This document shows positions 1 to 9,071 of a stretch of 64,000 nucleotides of DNA, in pieces. Location of the stretch: assembly GCA_964572965.1 (NCBI GenBank), contig CAZNHL010000003.1, positions 10,492 through 74,491 on the forward strand, in the 5' to 3' direction. Position 1 is the first letter of the stretch; each line of letters begins with the position of its first letter. Both the position numbers and the translations under genes were made by a program. The DNA comes from an uncultured Bifidobacteriaceae bacterium. GTDB lineage: Bacteria; Bacteroidota; Bacteroidia; Cytophagales; UBA9547. The notes beneath the pieces were generated by a model. It had not been told where the DNA came from. It saw only the letters and a program-made list of their open reading frames with translations, and did not search any database.

Positions 1-600
1 GGCAACTACAGAGTTCTTTTTAAAACGTTTTGTGTTGAAGCGGTCATTGTAACAAGGAATCTCACTTGGCTCTTCATGCAGGTTTCTACCAATACCGTGC
101 CCAACCAGATTCTTGATTACTTTATAGCCAGACTTCTTGGCTTCTGTTTCTATCAGCTTTCCTATCTCGGCAATCTTTACACCACCTCTGATCTGGTGAA
201 TGGCTGTATACAGAATTTGCTTTGAAGCTTCAACCAATGGATTATGATTGTGTATGTCATTGCCGAGCACAAAAGAACCGCCATTGTCTGAAAAGAAACC
301 GTTCAATTCTGCCGATACGTCAATGTTAATAAGGTCGCCGTCTTTCAGGATCTTTTTATCAGAAGGAATGCCATGCGCCACTTCTTTATTCACACTGATA
401 CAAGACCAGCCCGGAAAGCCATAAGTAACTCTTGGAGCAGATTTTGCACCATATTCCTGTAGTAGTTTTCCTCCGTATTCATCAAGCTCTTTTGTACTCA
501 TACCCGGCTGAGCATATTCGCGCATTTTACGCAAGGTGACAGAAACCGCCTCACTGGCAGCTTTCATTCCTTCAAGTTCGTTTTCTGTTGTAATAGACAT
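1..600 (-). CDS. map: Methionine aminopeptidase, type I (M24A); partial, C-terminus runs off the window edge
   Basis: Absent from the ORF track because it is truncated. My reverse-complement translation from the ATG (complement of 598-600) gives MSITTENELEGMKAASEAVSVTLRKMREYAQPGMSTKELDEYGG...DGDLINIDVSAELNGFFSD...VGHGIGRNLHEEP, with the MetAP metal-ligand contexts. Confidence 0.9.
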   Translation of the reverse strand, partial: MSITTENELEGMKAASEAVSVTLRKMREYAQPGMSTKELDEYGGKLLQEYGAKSAPRVTYGFPGWSCISVNKEVAHGIPSDKKILKDGDLINIDVSAELNGFFSDNGGSFVLGNDIHNHNPLVEASKQILYTAIHQIRGGVKIAEIGKLIETEAKKSGYKVIKNLVGHGIGRNLHEEPSEIPCYNDRFNTKRFKKNSVVA

Positions 601-709
601 ATAAGTCGGCTATTTAAATTGACCACATTGGTACTTAGGATTACAAAGATCATATATCTTTAGTTCCTAAACATTTTCTGCGAAAATCTGTGCGTTCTGA
701 GGGAGATTG

Positions 710-1924
710 TTAAGCCACATAATCCTGCAAATAGCTGAATCGCTCTGTCAACTGACCATTCTTTGTCATCGTTGCACGATCCAGAATCTTTGAAGCATTT
801 CCGCCTAACAGATCGGGAAGAATATTATTGATCAGCCTGTCACCGAAATACCTTGAACTGTCACGCGGAAGTTCACAAGGTAGATTGTCAACAGCCATTA
901 CCGTCACATTTTCAGGATCTGAATAAGGAGGTTCTACCGTTTCCCCATAAGGATCAAAATCAAAAACCGGATCGTCTATTGTAGTCGACTTCACTGTAAA
1001 AGGAATGGAACCGTTGATATCGCAGGTAACATCAGCCACAATACGTAACCGGAAACCTGCCTGACGAGCCTGTTCCAATGAAAACAATTTTGGTGCCCTC
1101 GGATCCCAATAAGCCCCTGCAATCAAAATGTCTGACCTGAAAGCGTAATCAGAGAAATAAGAATAATAGGTATGCGGATTGTGATGGAAATCGTCCCTGT
1201 CAAACATCATCTGGTCTTTATGACGATGGTAATCCGACGAGTTCAATTGTGTATAAACAGGCTCATTAAAATCCAGTTCCAGATAATCGCGCGGAGTCAC
1301 CTTACGTATGCGAAGCTTGTCCAGCACATGCATGGCACCCTGCGCCACACGTCCGCCACCAGTTACAGCAATACGTGCTCCCGGAAGCTTGATTTTGGAA
1401 TACTCCCTTTCCAGCTCAGTCATATCGAGTGCCGCCCAGGCTGGTTTCAGGTCAAAAGTTTTATAGCGTTTTCCGTAAGTCAGTAAGCCATTGTAAGCAC
1501 CAATCACACCCGCAAAAAAACCGAAAGCAATCAGCCTGTTACCTGCATCATCTGTGATTACTTCATAATCAATCATCCTGATTTTTTTTGCCAGAATGGC
1601 CTGAAGCAAACCTTTATTATGCGGTTGTTTTTTGAGTGTATGTGAGAAGAAGAAATAGGTCTTTTCCGGAATCAGATTTTTAACAGGCACTTCTTTAATG
1701 CCGAAAATAGTATCGCAGCCGGAAAGGTCTTCCGATAATTTTATCCCTTGTTTTTTATAATCTTCATCAGAAAAACAACGCACCTTACTCGGCTGTACAA
1801 GTACCTGCACATCCGGATATTTCTCCTGCAGCAAACGGCACTGATCCGGTGTCAGCGGTGTACGTTTGTCAGGAGGCGTACGTCCTTCTTCCCTTATAAT
1901 CCCGATGGTATATTTAGTGCTCAT
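710..1924 (-). CDS. AlaDH/PNT-family NAD-dependent dehydrogenase, saccharopine dehydrogenase / lysine-ketoglutarate reductase-like
   Basis: 407-aa ORF. It has the nucleotide-binding loop IAVTGGGRVAQGAMHVL and an N-terminal substrate domain typical of the alanine dehydrogenase/transhydrogenase-alpha fold. The track start at 1933 is TTG; the first ATG (complement of 1922-1924) gives MSTKYTIGIIREE. Confidence 0.7.
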   Translation of the reverse strand: MSTKYTIGIIREEGRTPPDKRTPLTPDQCRLLQEKYPDVQVLVQPSKVRCFSDEDYKKQGIKLSEDLSGCDTIFGIKEVPVKNLIPEKTYFFFSHTLKKQPHNKGLLQAILAKKIRMIDYEVITDDAGNRLIAFGFFAGVIGAYNGLLTYGKRYKTFDLKPAWAALDMTELEREYSKIKLPGARIAVTGGGRVAQGAMHVLDKLRIRKVTPRDYLELDFNEPVYTQLNSSDYHRHKDQMMFDRDDFHHNPHTYYSYFSDYAFRSDILIAGAYWDPRAPKLFSLEQARQAGFRLRIVADVTCDINGSIPFTVKSTTIDDPVFDFDPYGETVEPPYSDPENVTVMAVDNLPCELPRDSSRYFGDRLINNILPDLLGGNASKILDRATMTKNGQLTERFSYLQDYVA

Positions 1925-2137
1925 ATATTTCAATTTTTATGTATGGCCACGGTGGTGGTGGCTGAGCGTAGTCGAAGCCACAAAGTCTATTTTTTTGTAT
2001 CCTGTCCTGATTTTTTTCGGGAGGCCTGCCCGCCATCACCACTACTGTTAATCCAACGTTCCCCGTGGCGGCAGGTTTAGAGGTTTAAAGGAATTTCAGG
2101 CCGACTTCTAAAATCTATTGTCCAGCGTGTGAATATC

Positions 2138-2713
2138 TTACTTCTTCAGAAACTCCACCAGTTTAACAACCGCCCTTCCTCTATGGCTGATTTTGCTTTT
2201 TTCGTCAACACTCATCTCTGCAAAAGTCCTGTCGTAACCTTCAGGCACAAAAATAGGATCATAGCCGAAGCCGCCATCACCTTCCGGTGATTCAAGAATA
2301 TAGCCATCTACCTGTCCTGTAAACTGGTGCATTTTTCCATTCTGGAATAGTGTGATTACAGTCTTGAAACAAGCCTTTCGGTTTTTTTGTCCTTTCATTT
2401 TTTCAAGCACCGTTTTCATGTTTGCTTCTGCATCGCGGCTTCCTGAATAATGCGCAGAATCTACACCAGGCTCTCCATTCAGCGCTTCTATTTCCATACC
2501 CGTATCGTCAGCAAAGCAGTCAACAGCAAAATTGTCAAAAACATATTGTGCTTTCTGAAGCGAATTCGCTGCAAGTGTATTGCCGGTTTCAGGCAATTCA
2601 TCAAAACAGCCAATTTCTTTCAGGGTAGAAACTTGGTAAACTCCTTGTAACTGGTGAGCAATTTCTTCCAGTTTATGCTGGTTATTAGACGCAAAGCAGA
2701 TTTTTTTTAACAT
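2138..2713 (-). CDS. rdgB: Non-canonical purine NTP pyrophosphatase (dITP/XTP pyrophosphatase, Ham1/RdgB family)
   Basis: 191 aa. ICFASNNQHKLEE at the N-terminus, then FADDTGMEIEALNGEPGV, GFGYDPIF and ISHRGRA, all typical of the RdgB/HAM1 family. Confidence 0.9.
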   Translation of the reverse strand: MLKKICFASNNQHKLEEIAHQLQGVYQVSTLKEIGCFDELPETGNTLAANSLQKAQYVFDNFAVDCFADDTGMEIEALNGEPGVDSAHYSGSRDAEANMKTVLEKMKGQKNRKACFKTVITLFQNGKMHQFTGQVDGYILESPEGDGGFGYDPIFVPEGYDRTFAEMSVDEKSKISHRGRAVVKLVEFLKK

Positions 2714-2877
2714 AGTATGCAGCTATTTTTAGACACAGGCCGTTAAAGACAAAAATTCGATATGCAAGTAAGTATTTTGAAAGATAAGGTCAGTTATAAT
2801 TTCTGATAAATCTTTTCTTGGCTTATGATCTGTATTATCGCTATTTTGTATCAGATAAATTTTTCCCTGAACTTTTT

Positions 2878-4899
2878 ATGCCCAAAAATCCGAAAAAGAT
2901 AGCGTTATTAGACGAAGACCCGTGGTTAGCTCCTCATGAAGAAGAGATTGAAAATCGTCTGAAACGTTTCCATCATGCCCTGGATAGAATCGAAAAGTAT
3001 TCAAGCACTTTAGAACATTTTGCAGGTGCCTATGAATACCTTGGGATCACTTATGATAAAAGCGCCAAAGGTTGGTACTACCGCGAATGGGCTCCGGGCG
3101 CTCAGCGACTTTATCTGATCGGAGATTTTAACGGCTGGGACAGATCGTCTCATCCTTTGTATAAGAATGAACAGGGTATCTGGGAGATTTTCCTTCCTGA
3201 AAAAGAATACAAAAAGGCTTTCGTACACGAAAGCAAAGTAAAAGTACATGTAGTAGGCGACAATGGTGCGCATGATCGTATTCCTGCTTACATCCGGCGT
3301 GTAGTACAAGACCCTTCCAATTTCGATTTTGCAGGTCAGCTTTGGTTCCCTAAAAAAGAATACAAGTGGACTGACGAAAAATTCAAGCCTAAAGCCAAAG
3401 AAGCGCCATTCATCTATGAATGCCACGTTGGTATGGCACAGGAAACTGAAGGCGTAGGTACTTACGTTGAATTTGCCGACAACATTCTGCCAAGAATCAA
3501 AGACCTTGGCTATAATACCATACAAATGATGGCAATCCAGGAGCATCCTTATTATGGGTCTTATGGTTACCACGTTTCCAATTTCTTTTGCCCATCTTCC
3601 CGCTTTGGTACACCCGAAGATTTAAAATACCTGGTAAACAAAGCTCATGAAATGGGCATTGCGGTGATTATGGATGTGATCCATTCACATTCAGTGAAAA
3701 ACTTTGCTGAGGGGTTGACGGAGTTTGACGGCAGTGGGCATCATTATTTCCATGAGGGGTCACGGGGCTATCATGAGCTTTGGGATTCCATGTTGTTTGA
3801 TTACGGAAAGCTGGAAGTACAGCAATTTCTGCTTTCGAACCTGCGCTACTGGCTGGAAGAATTCCACTTTGACGGATTCCGTTTTGATGGCGTTACTTCG
3901 TTGTTGTATCTGCATCATGGCCAGTATTTTACTTTTGACAATTACGACACTTACTATAACGATGTAGACTGGGATGCACTTATATATTTGCAATTGGCAA
4001 ATACATTGGTACACCGTCTCAATAAAAATGCCATTACTATTTCTGAAGACATGAGTGGTATGCCAGGTATGTGCCGTGAGCCTAAAGACGGAGGTGTTGG
4101 TTTCGACTACCGTCTGGGAATGGGCTTACCTGATTACTGGATCAAGTTGCTGAAAGAAAAACGTGACGAAGACTGGGACATCTATGAAATGTGGCATGTA
4201 ATGACCAATCGCCGTTACAACGAAAAAACCATTGCTTATGCCGAATCTCATGATCAGGCATTGGTAGGTGATAAAACACTTGCATTCTGGCTGATGGATA
4301 AGGAAATGTACTTTGAAATGAACAAGGACTCTAAAAACCTTGTCATTGAAAGAGGAATTGCTCTGCATAAAATGATCCGTCTGTTTACAATGGTACTGGG
4401 TGGCGAAGCCTACCTGACTTTCATGGGTAATGAATTCGGGCATCCTGAGTGGGTCGATTTCCCGCGTGAAGGAAATGACTGGTCTCATAAACATGCACGC
4501 CGTCAGTGGTCACTGGCCGATAACAAAGATCTGCAATACCATTATATGCTCGATTTTGACCGTGAAATGGTGAAGATCATGAAGAAAAACAATGTGCTCA
4601 ATGCAGAACCGGCACAGCAGTTGAATATGGACGGGAGTAATCAATGTGTGGTTTTTGAAAGAAATAACCTGATATTCCTGTTCAACTTCCATGCTGTTAA
4701 TGCAATTCCTGATTATAGGTTCAGGGTATTTAGCCCGGGTAAGTATAAGATTATTCTAAACTCCGACGATACCCGTTTTGGTGGTCACGGACGTATTGAT
4801 AACAACACCGAGTTCTTCACCGTGCAAAACTATGGCCCTGACTTCCTGAGTGTCTATATGACAAACAGGACTGTGTTGGTTATGGAAAGAGTGGATTAG
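2878..4899 (+). CDS. glgB: 1,4-alpha-glucan branching enzyme (GH13, eukaryote-like type)
   Basis: GH13 conserved regions are present: DVIHSH, GFRFDGVTS, EDMSG and YAESHDQ. There is an N-terminal CBM48-like region. The track start at 2818 is TTG; the ATG at 2878 gives MPKNPKKIALLDEDPWL. Confidence 0.9.
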   Translation: MPKNPKKIALLDEDPWLAPHEEEIENRLKRFHHALDRIEKYSSTLEHFAGAYEYLGITYDKSAKGWYYREWAPGAQRLYLIGDFNGWDRSSHPLYKNEQGIWEIFLPEKEYKKAFVHESKVKVHVVGDNGAHDRIPAYIRRVVQDPSNFDFAGQLWFPKKEYKWTDEKFKPKAKEAPFIYECHVGMAQETEGVGTYVEFADNILPRIKDLGYNTIQMMAIQEHPYYGSYGYHVSNFFCPSSRFGTPEDLKYLVNKAHEMGIAVIMDVIHSHSVKNFAEGLTEFDGSGHHYFHEGSRGYHELWDSMLFDYGKLEVQQFLLSNLRYWLEEFHFDGFRFDGVTSLLYLHHGQYFTFDNYDTYYNDVDWDALIYLQLANTLVHRLNKNAITISEDMSGMPGMCREPKDGGVGFDYRLGMGLPDYWIKLLKEKRDEDWDIYEMWHVMTNRRYNEKTIAYAESHDQALVGDKTLAFWLMDKEMYFEMNKDSKNLVIERGIALHKMIRLFTMVLGGEAYLTFMGNEFGHPEWVDFPREGNDWSHKHARRQWSLADNKDLQYHYMLDFDREMVKIMKKNNVLNAEPAQQLNMDGSNQCVVFERNNLIFLFNFHAVNAIPDYRFRVFSPGKYKIILNSDDTRFGGHGRIDNNTEFFTVQNYGPDFLSVYMTNRTVLVMERVD

Positions 4900-4923
4900 A
4901 GCTTACATTTTTAGACGAATAGC

Positions 4924-5514
4924 ATGTTGAAGAAATATTATCTGCTATTATTAATCTCCTTTCTCTGCCATGGTTTAGCTATGGCAGAGAAGAACCAATA
5001 TGATTTGCTCTGGAAAAACAATGTCATTGGCGTTGTTACTACAGAGCGTTCAGAAGCGGGTGAATTAATCCGTTATTCGATCAAGACAGAGGTAACTGTT
5101 AATGTAGGGCTCAAACAGCATATTGAATACCTGTTGGAAAATACTTTCAGAAAAGATACTTTACAGACAGCTATTCTTCGGCAATTCCGCAATGAAGACC
5201 TGAACCAGAGTGCCAATACCTGGCGCACAACTACGGGTTATGAGTTCAAAAAGGAGGGTAAGAAAAAGACAATCAGTAAGCCTTTGATCAATTTTACTGT
5301 AGCCATGCTTTATTTTAACGAACCAGTAAAAGCGAAATCAATTTACTCGGAAAACTGGGGTCAGTATTTAACAATCAACGCTATCGGAAACCACACCTAT
5401 CAATTGGTGCAGCCCAATGGCAAGATCAATACTTATGTCTATAAAAACGGCCTTTGCCAATCGATTACCCTAAATACCACATTTTATACCATTACTCTGA
5501 AACTTAAAAAATAA
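4924..5514 (+). CDS. Hypothetical secreted protein with a signal peptide (possibly DUF6134-like)
   Basis: 196 aa. N-terminal signal MLKKYYLLLLISFLCHGLAMA, beta-rich composition, no catalytic motif recognised. Its stop overlaps the next start (TAATG). Confidence 0.6.
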   Translation: MLKKYYLLLLISFLCHGLAMAEKNQYDLLWKNNVIGVVTTERSEAGELIRYSIKTEVTVNVGLKQHIEYLLENTFRKDTLQTAILRQFRNEDLNQSANTWRTTTGYEFKKEGKKKTISKPLINFTVAMLYFNEPVKAKSIYSENWGQYLTINAIGNHTYQLVQPNGKINTYVYKNGLCQSITLNTTFYTITLKLKK

Positions 5515-6206
5515 TGCACATTCATTACTTGCAGCATGTTGCTTTTGAAGGCCCCGGCTGTATAGAAACATGGGTTAGAGAAAAAGGCCATACACTTTCC
5601 GTGACCCGTTTATATTTGAACGAACCACTTCCTCAAGTTTCCACTTTTGATGCGCTGGTAGTAATGGGTGGCCCGATGAGTGCTTATGATGAGGCCATTT
5701 ATGACTGGATGAAAGCTGAAAAAGTTTTTATCCGTGAAGCAATCAATAATGCTAAAAAAGTCATAGGTATCTGTCTGGGTTCTCAGTTGATAGCAGAGGT
5801 TTTAGGAGCGAGGGTTTATCCGAATAAAGAAAAAGAAATCGGTTGGTTTCCTTTAACGCTGACAAATGCAGGCAAAGAAAATACGTGCACAGATTTTCTT
5901 CCCTCAGAATTTACTGTTTTCCATTTTCATGGCGATACTTTTGATTTGCCTGAAGGTGCAAAGCTGTTGGCTAGTTCTGAAGCATGTGTGAACCAGGCAT
6001 ACCTGTATAAAAATAATGTGCTGGGTTTACAGTTTCATATAGAAGCAACACAATCAGGGGCAGAAGCTATGCTGGAACATTGTGCCGGTGAACTGGTAGA
6101 AGCAAAATACATTCAACAGGCCGATGAAATCAAAAGCCAGATGGATAAGTACGTTCCGGAGAACAACGTTTATATGTTTGAATTGCTCAACCGTTTTTTA
6201 CAGTAG
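5514..6206 (+). CDS. Class I glutamine amidotransferase-like protein (GuaA-type GATase1 domain only)
   Basis: 230 aa. The nucleophile elbow GICLGSQL and a downstream FHFHGD/LQFHIE His-Glu context are typical of GATase1. Confidence 0.8.
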   Translation: MHIHYLQHVAFEGPGCIETWVREKGHTLSVTRLYLNEPLPQVSTFDALVVMGGPMSAYDEAIYDWMKAEKVFIREAINNAKKVIGICLGSQLIAEVLGARVYPNKEKEIGWFPLTLTNAGKENTCTDFLPSEFTVFHFHGDTFDLPEGAKLLASSEACVNQAYLYKNNVLGLQFHIEATQSGAEAMLEHCAGELVEAKYIQQADEIKSQMDKYVPENNVYMFELLNRFLQ

Positions 6207-6220
6207 TATAAAGGCAAAAA

Positions 6221-6256
6221 GAAAACCCTTCCGCATTGAACGCGGGAGGGTTTTTA
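6221..6256. terminator. Bidirectional rho-independent terminator between convergent genes
   Basis: A 9-bp stem, CCCTTCCGC (6226-6234) with GCGGGAGGG (6242-6250), includes one G-U pair. It has an A-run before and a T-run (6251-6255) after. Confidence 0.6.
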
Positions 6257-6319
6257 TGCACGGTTGTTTGGTTAAAAGTATTTCTGTATTTGCGTAAGAT
6301 TAAAAAATATGTGCGTGCA

Positions 6320-6958
6320 TTAATTAAGATTAGGTTGCGGCGTTAATCTCAAATATGGCTTCACTTTGGTAAACCCTTTAGGGAATTTAGTGGTAGCAAC
6401 TTCATCTGTTACAGCAGGAGCAATTACCACATCGTCGCCATGTTGCCAATTGGCCGGAGTAGCTACGCTATAGTTTGCTGTCAATTGTAGTGAATCAATT
6501 ACTCTTAGTAATTCCTCAAAATTTCTACCAGTTGAAGCAGGATAAGTAATAATCAGTTTGATCTTCTTGTCTGGCCCGATTACAAATACTGAACGCACAG
6601 TAAACTTGTCGTTAGCATTCGGATGAATCAGGTCATACAATTCAGAAATTTTTCTGTCATGGTCAGCAATGATCGGGAAGTTGACTTCCGTATTTTGAGT
6701 TTCATTGATGTCCTTGATCCAGCCATAGTGTGACTCCAATGGGTCAACACTTAAAGCAACCACTCGGGTGTTACGCTTTTCGAACTCCTGTTTGTATTTG
6801 GCTACAGCCCCCAATTCTGTAGTACAAACCGGCGTATAATCCGCAGGATGCGAAAAGAGCACCACCCAGTGGTCACCTATAAAATCGTGAAAATTAAGCT
6901 CTCCTTCTGTAGTCTGAGCTTTAAAATCCGGTGCGATATCCCCTAATCTTAATGACAT
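6320..6958 (-). CDS. 1-Cys peroxiredoxin (Prx6 type)
   Basis: 212 aa with DFTPVCTTE-like peroxidatic motif YTPVCTTELG. It has a single Cys in the whole protein and the Prx6-type C-terminal extension. Confidence 0.9.
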   Translation of the reverse strand: MSLRLGDIAPDFKAQTTEGELNFHDFIGDHWVVLFSHPADYTPVCTTELGAVAKYKQEFEKRNTRVVALSVDPLESHYGWIKDINETQNTEVNFPIIADHDRKISELYDLIHPNANDKFTVRSVFVIGPDKKIKLIITYPASTGRNFEELLRVIDSLQLTANYSVATPANWQHGDDVVIAPAVTDEVATTKFPKGFTKVKPYLRLTPQPNLN

Positions 6959-7033
6959 AATGTTGTGTGTTTAAGTGTTAGTGTATATAAAATGTGTTAA
7001 TGTTCTTAAAATCCCTGTTTTCAGAAAACCAGA

Positions 7034-7462
7034 TTAATTCTGGTGAATTGTTTTGAACAGGTTATTCTCATAGAACTTATAAAAGTTCTGGTACTGGTCA
7101 CCTGATAATTGAAACCCTACAAACTCCAGTGTGCGCGAAAGCGCTATTGCAAGAGAGTTTCTGACAATATGAATGTCGAGGTCAGTAAAGTTGAACTGGA
7201 AAGAAAATCCACCTTTGTTTACTACACCAAAGAATTTCGATTGAAGGTCCAGAGGTAAACTTTTGAAGAATACATCACGGGCTCCGTTTGATGTAAACAC
7301 CAGATCGAAACGTACAATGTTTTCTTCAACTCTTCTTACGCTTCTGATGATATCAGCTTTTGTAAGGAAGTCTATAACTGAAGTAGAGTCAGTAAGTGCA
7401 CTCTTAAATCTTGGTGCAATAGTATTTGATGTATGTGTGTATTTGTTAGTAATAGCAGTCAT
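7034..7462 (-). CDS. Hypothetical protein (orphan, no recognised domain)
   Basis: An ORF with an ATG at the complement of 7460-7462 (MTAITNKYTHTSN...). The longer track version starts at a TTG. No signal peptide, TM segment or motif was recognised. Confidence 0.5.
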   Translation of the reverse strand: MTAITNKYTHTSNTIAPRFKSALTDSTSVIDFLTKADIIRSVRRVEENIVRFDLVFTSNGARDVFFKSLPLDLQSKFFGVVNKGGFSFQFNFTDLDIHIVRNSLAIALSRTLEFVGFQLSGDQYQNFYKFYENNLFKTIHQN

Positions 7463-7928
7463 GTTCGTAGTCTTTAGTATTGAATGATTAATTAATTGTT
7501 GAGAATGTTTTAGTAACAGCAACAACAATAGTCAGCACTAAAGAAGACTGGATACAACCATGCTCCCCGGCCGGACAATTTCAATTCAGTATTTTTTCTT
7601 TTCGGGTTAAGCATTTCTGTTTGATTTGATATTACAAATGTGGGAGTATTTTTTCAATAAACAAAATAATATTCTGAAATATTTACAAATACAACACATT
7701 ATTCTTTTTGTTATTCTGTATTTTTGAATTTCTTGAAATATTATTCTTGTCTCTACTTGTTTTATAGGGTATTTGTTTGGAGAAACTGAACTAATAGAAG
7801 AGGAAATTTTTTTTTCACATGTAAAGGTGTAAATACAGGATATGCTCTTTCTGGATATAGGTAAGAACTTTAGTGTTTAGCTATAATTATTCTTTTAGGA
7901 TTAAAAACCAATGTGGAAGTAGAAGAGA

Positions 7929-9071
7929 TTAATGGTGTGTAGTCAGCTCCTGATATAGTTGCTCGAATTGGGGGATTATTGTATCAATGTTATACCTTGT
8001 TGTGACTGTGTGGCAGGCATTTATACCAAGGGTAGTGCGTAAAGTAGTATTCTCATACAATGAAGTAAGGGCATTGGTAATTGAGCCGGCATCTTTAAAA
8101 GGAACAATGATTCCGTTAACGTCATTTTCAATGACATCGGTTGCGCCTGATACAGGAGTAATAACCAAAGGCTTTTTAAGGGCCATAGCCTCAATCATTA
8201 ATTGAGGAAAAGCTTCCTGTAACGTCGGATGTACAATTACATCTACTGCTTTCATTAATTCAGAAGCGTCTTTGCGCCAGCCGGTAAATACCACATTTTC
8301 TGCGAGCCCTAAACTTTCTGCCAGTGCTACCAGATCTTTGTGAACAGAACCATCGCCAACCATCAATAATTTCGATGTCGGATATTTCTGCACAAAAGCC
8401 CCGAATGCTTTTATTAAATAAGGAAGTCCTTTAATAGGATGATGCCTTGCAAAACAACCTACAACAAACTGATCTCCAAAACTAAATTCTGCCCTTTTAA
8501 GTCTGACGGACTCCTCTGTTCCACTTTGATACTTCGGTTGTGCAAAATCGAATGCGTAGGGAATTAGAACTATTTTGTCTGCCGCAACACCTTGTTTTTT
8601 TAACAAGTCTGAGATGAGGCTGGAAGGAGAAACAATTTTGCTACAGGTTTTATTGAGCCATGACTCAACAGCTAAATAATACTTTTGCCTTAAACCTTTA
8701 GCTGTAATGTAAAATTCATTGTGGTAATGGCGGCCAAATACAAGCTTTGTTCCGGGTGATAAAATACAGGCAATTCTCCCTATGACAGTTTCATAGAAGT
8801 GATGTGTATGAAGAATATCAATTTTATTTTTCCTTAGCTCTGAAGCCAGTTTCTGTGCTAATGGAATCAAAGTTTTATAAGTCAACTCTTTATTCAGAAT
8901 CTGATAACTGATGTTTTGTGCATCGTAATCAGGGTCTGCAATATTACTGGGCATGCATGCAATAGCAGAAAGACTAAATTGAGAACTGTCAGCATGCCGG
9001 ATAATGACATCAATAAAATCGTTTTTGTTGATGACGTAACTGAATTGGAGAACTTTGATTTTAGATGTCAA
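7929..9071 (-). CDS. Glycosyltransferase family 4 (GT-B)
   Basis: 380 aa. C-terminal GT4 signature context EAFPQLMIEAMALKKPLVITPVSGATDVIENDVNG (E-x7-E region). TTG start, overlapping the upstream gene's stop by 11 nt. Confidence 0.85.
   Translation of the reverse strand: MTSKIKVLQFSYVINKNDFIDVIIRHADSSQFSLSAIACMPSNIADPDYDAQNISYQILNKELTYKTLIPLAQKLASELRKNKIDILHTHHFYETVIGRIACILSPGTKLVFGRHYHNEFYITAKGLRQKYYLAVESWLNKTCSKIVSPSSLISDLLKKQGVAADKIVLIPYAFDFAQPKYQSGTEESVRLKRAEFSFGDQFVVGCFARHHPIKGLPYLIKAFGAFVQKYPTSKLLMVGDGSVHKDLVALAESLGLAENVVFTGWRKDASELMKAVDVIVHPTLQEAFPQLMIEAMALKKPLVITPVSGATDVIENDVNGIIVPFKDAGSITNALTSLYENTTLRTTLGINACHTVTTRYNIDTIIPQFEQLYQELTTHH

Noticed and set aside
1934-2137. The GC-rich element considered as SRP RNA, 6S RNA, tmRNA, RNase P RNA, or a lysine, glycine or cobalamin riboswitch.
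   Set aside because: I could not find the conserved cores I know for these: the SRP helix-8 GGAA/AGCA context, the RNase P GAGGAAAGUCC, the tmRNA ends, the B12 box, or the glycine CACCGAAGGGGCAA-type motif. It is kept only as an unclassified structured element in the findings.
3010-3573. A long antisense ORF (187 aa) inside glgB. Similar antisense ORFs occur at 1172-1486, 4126-4494, 41189-41533, 43330-43665, 43792-44130, 51666-52139, 54299-54745 and 55824-56303.
   Set aside because: Each lies fully within, and antisense to, a gene with strong family-level motif support. Their products are low-complexity, Phe/Ile/Cys-rich and lack motifs, which is typical of shadow ORFs on the complement of real codons.
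7463-7928. A search for mobile-element signatures (integrase, transposase, tRNA target, long direct repeats) at both borders of the glycan locus, including 24550-24677.
   Set aside because: None was seen. There is no integrase or transposase ORF, no tRNA gene and no matching direct repeats between the two borders, so I do not call the locus a genomic island.
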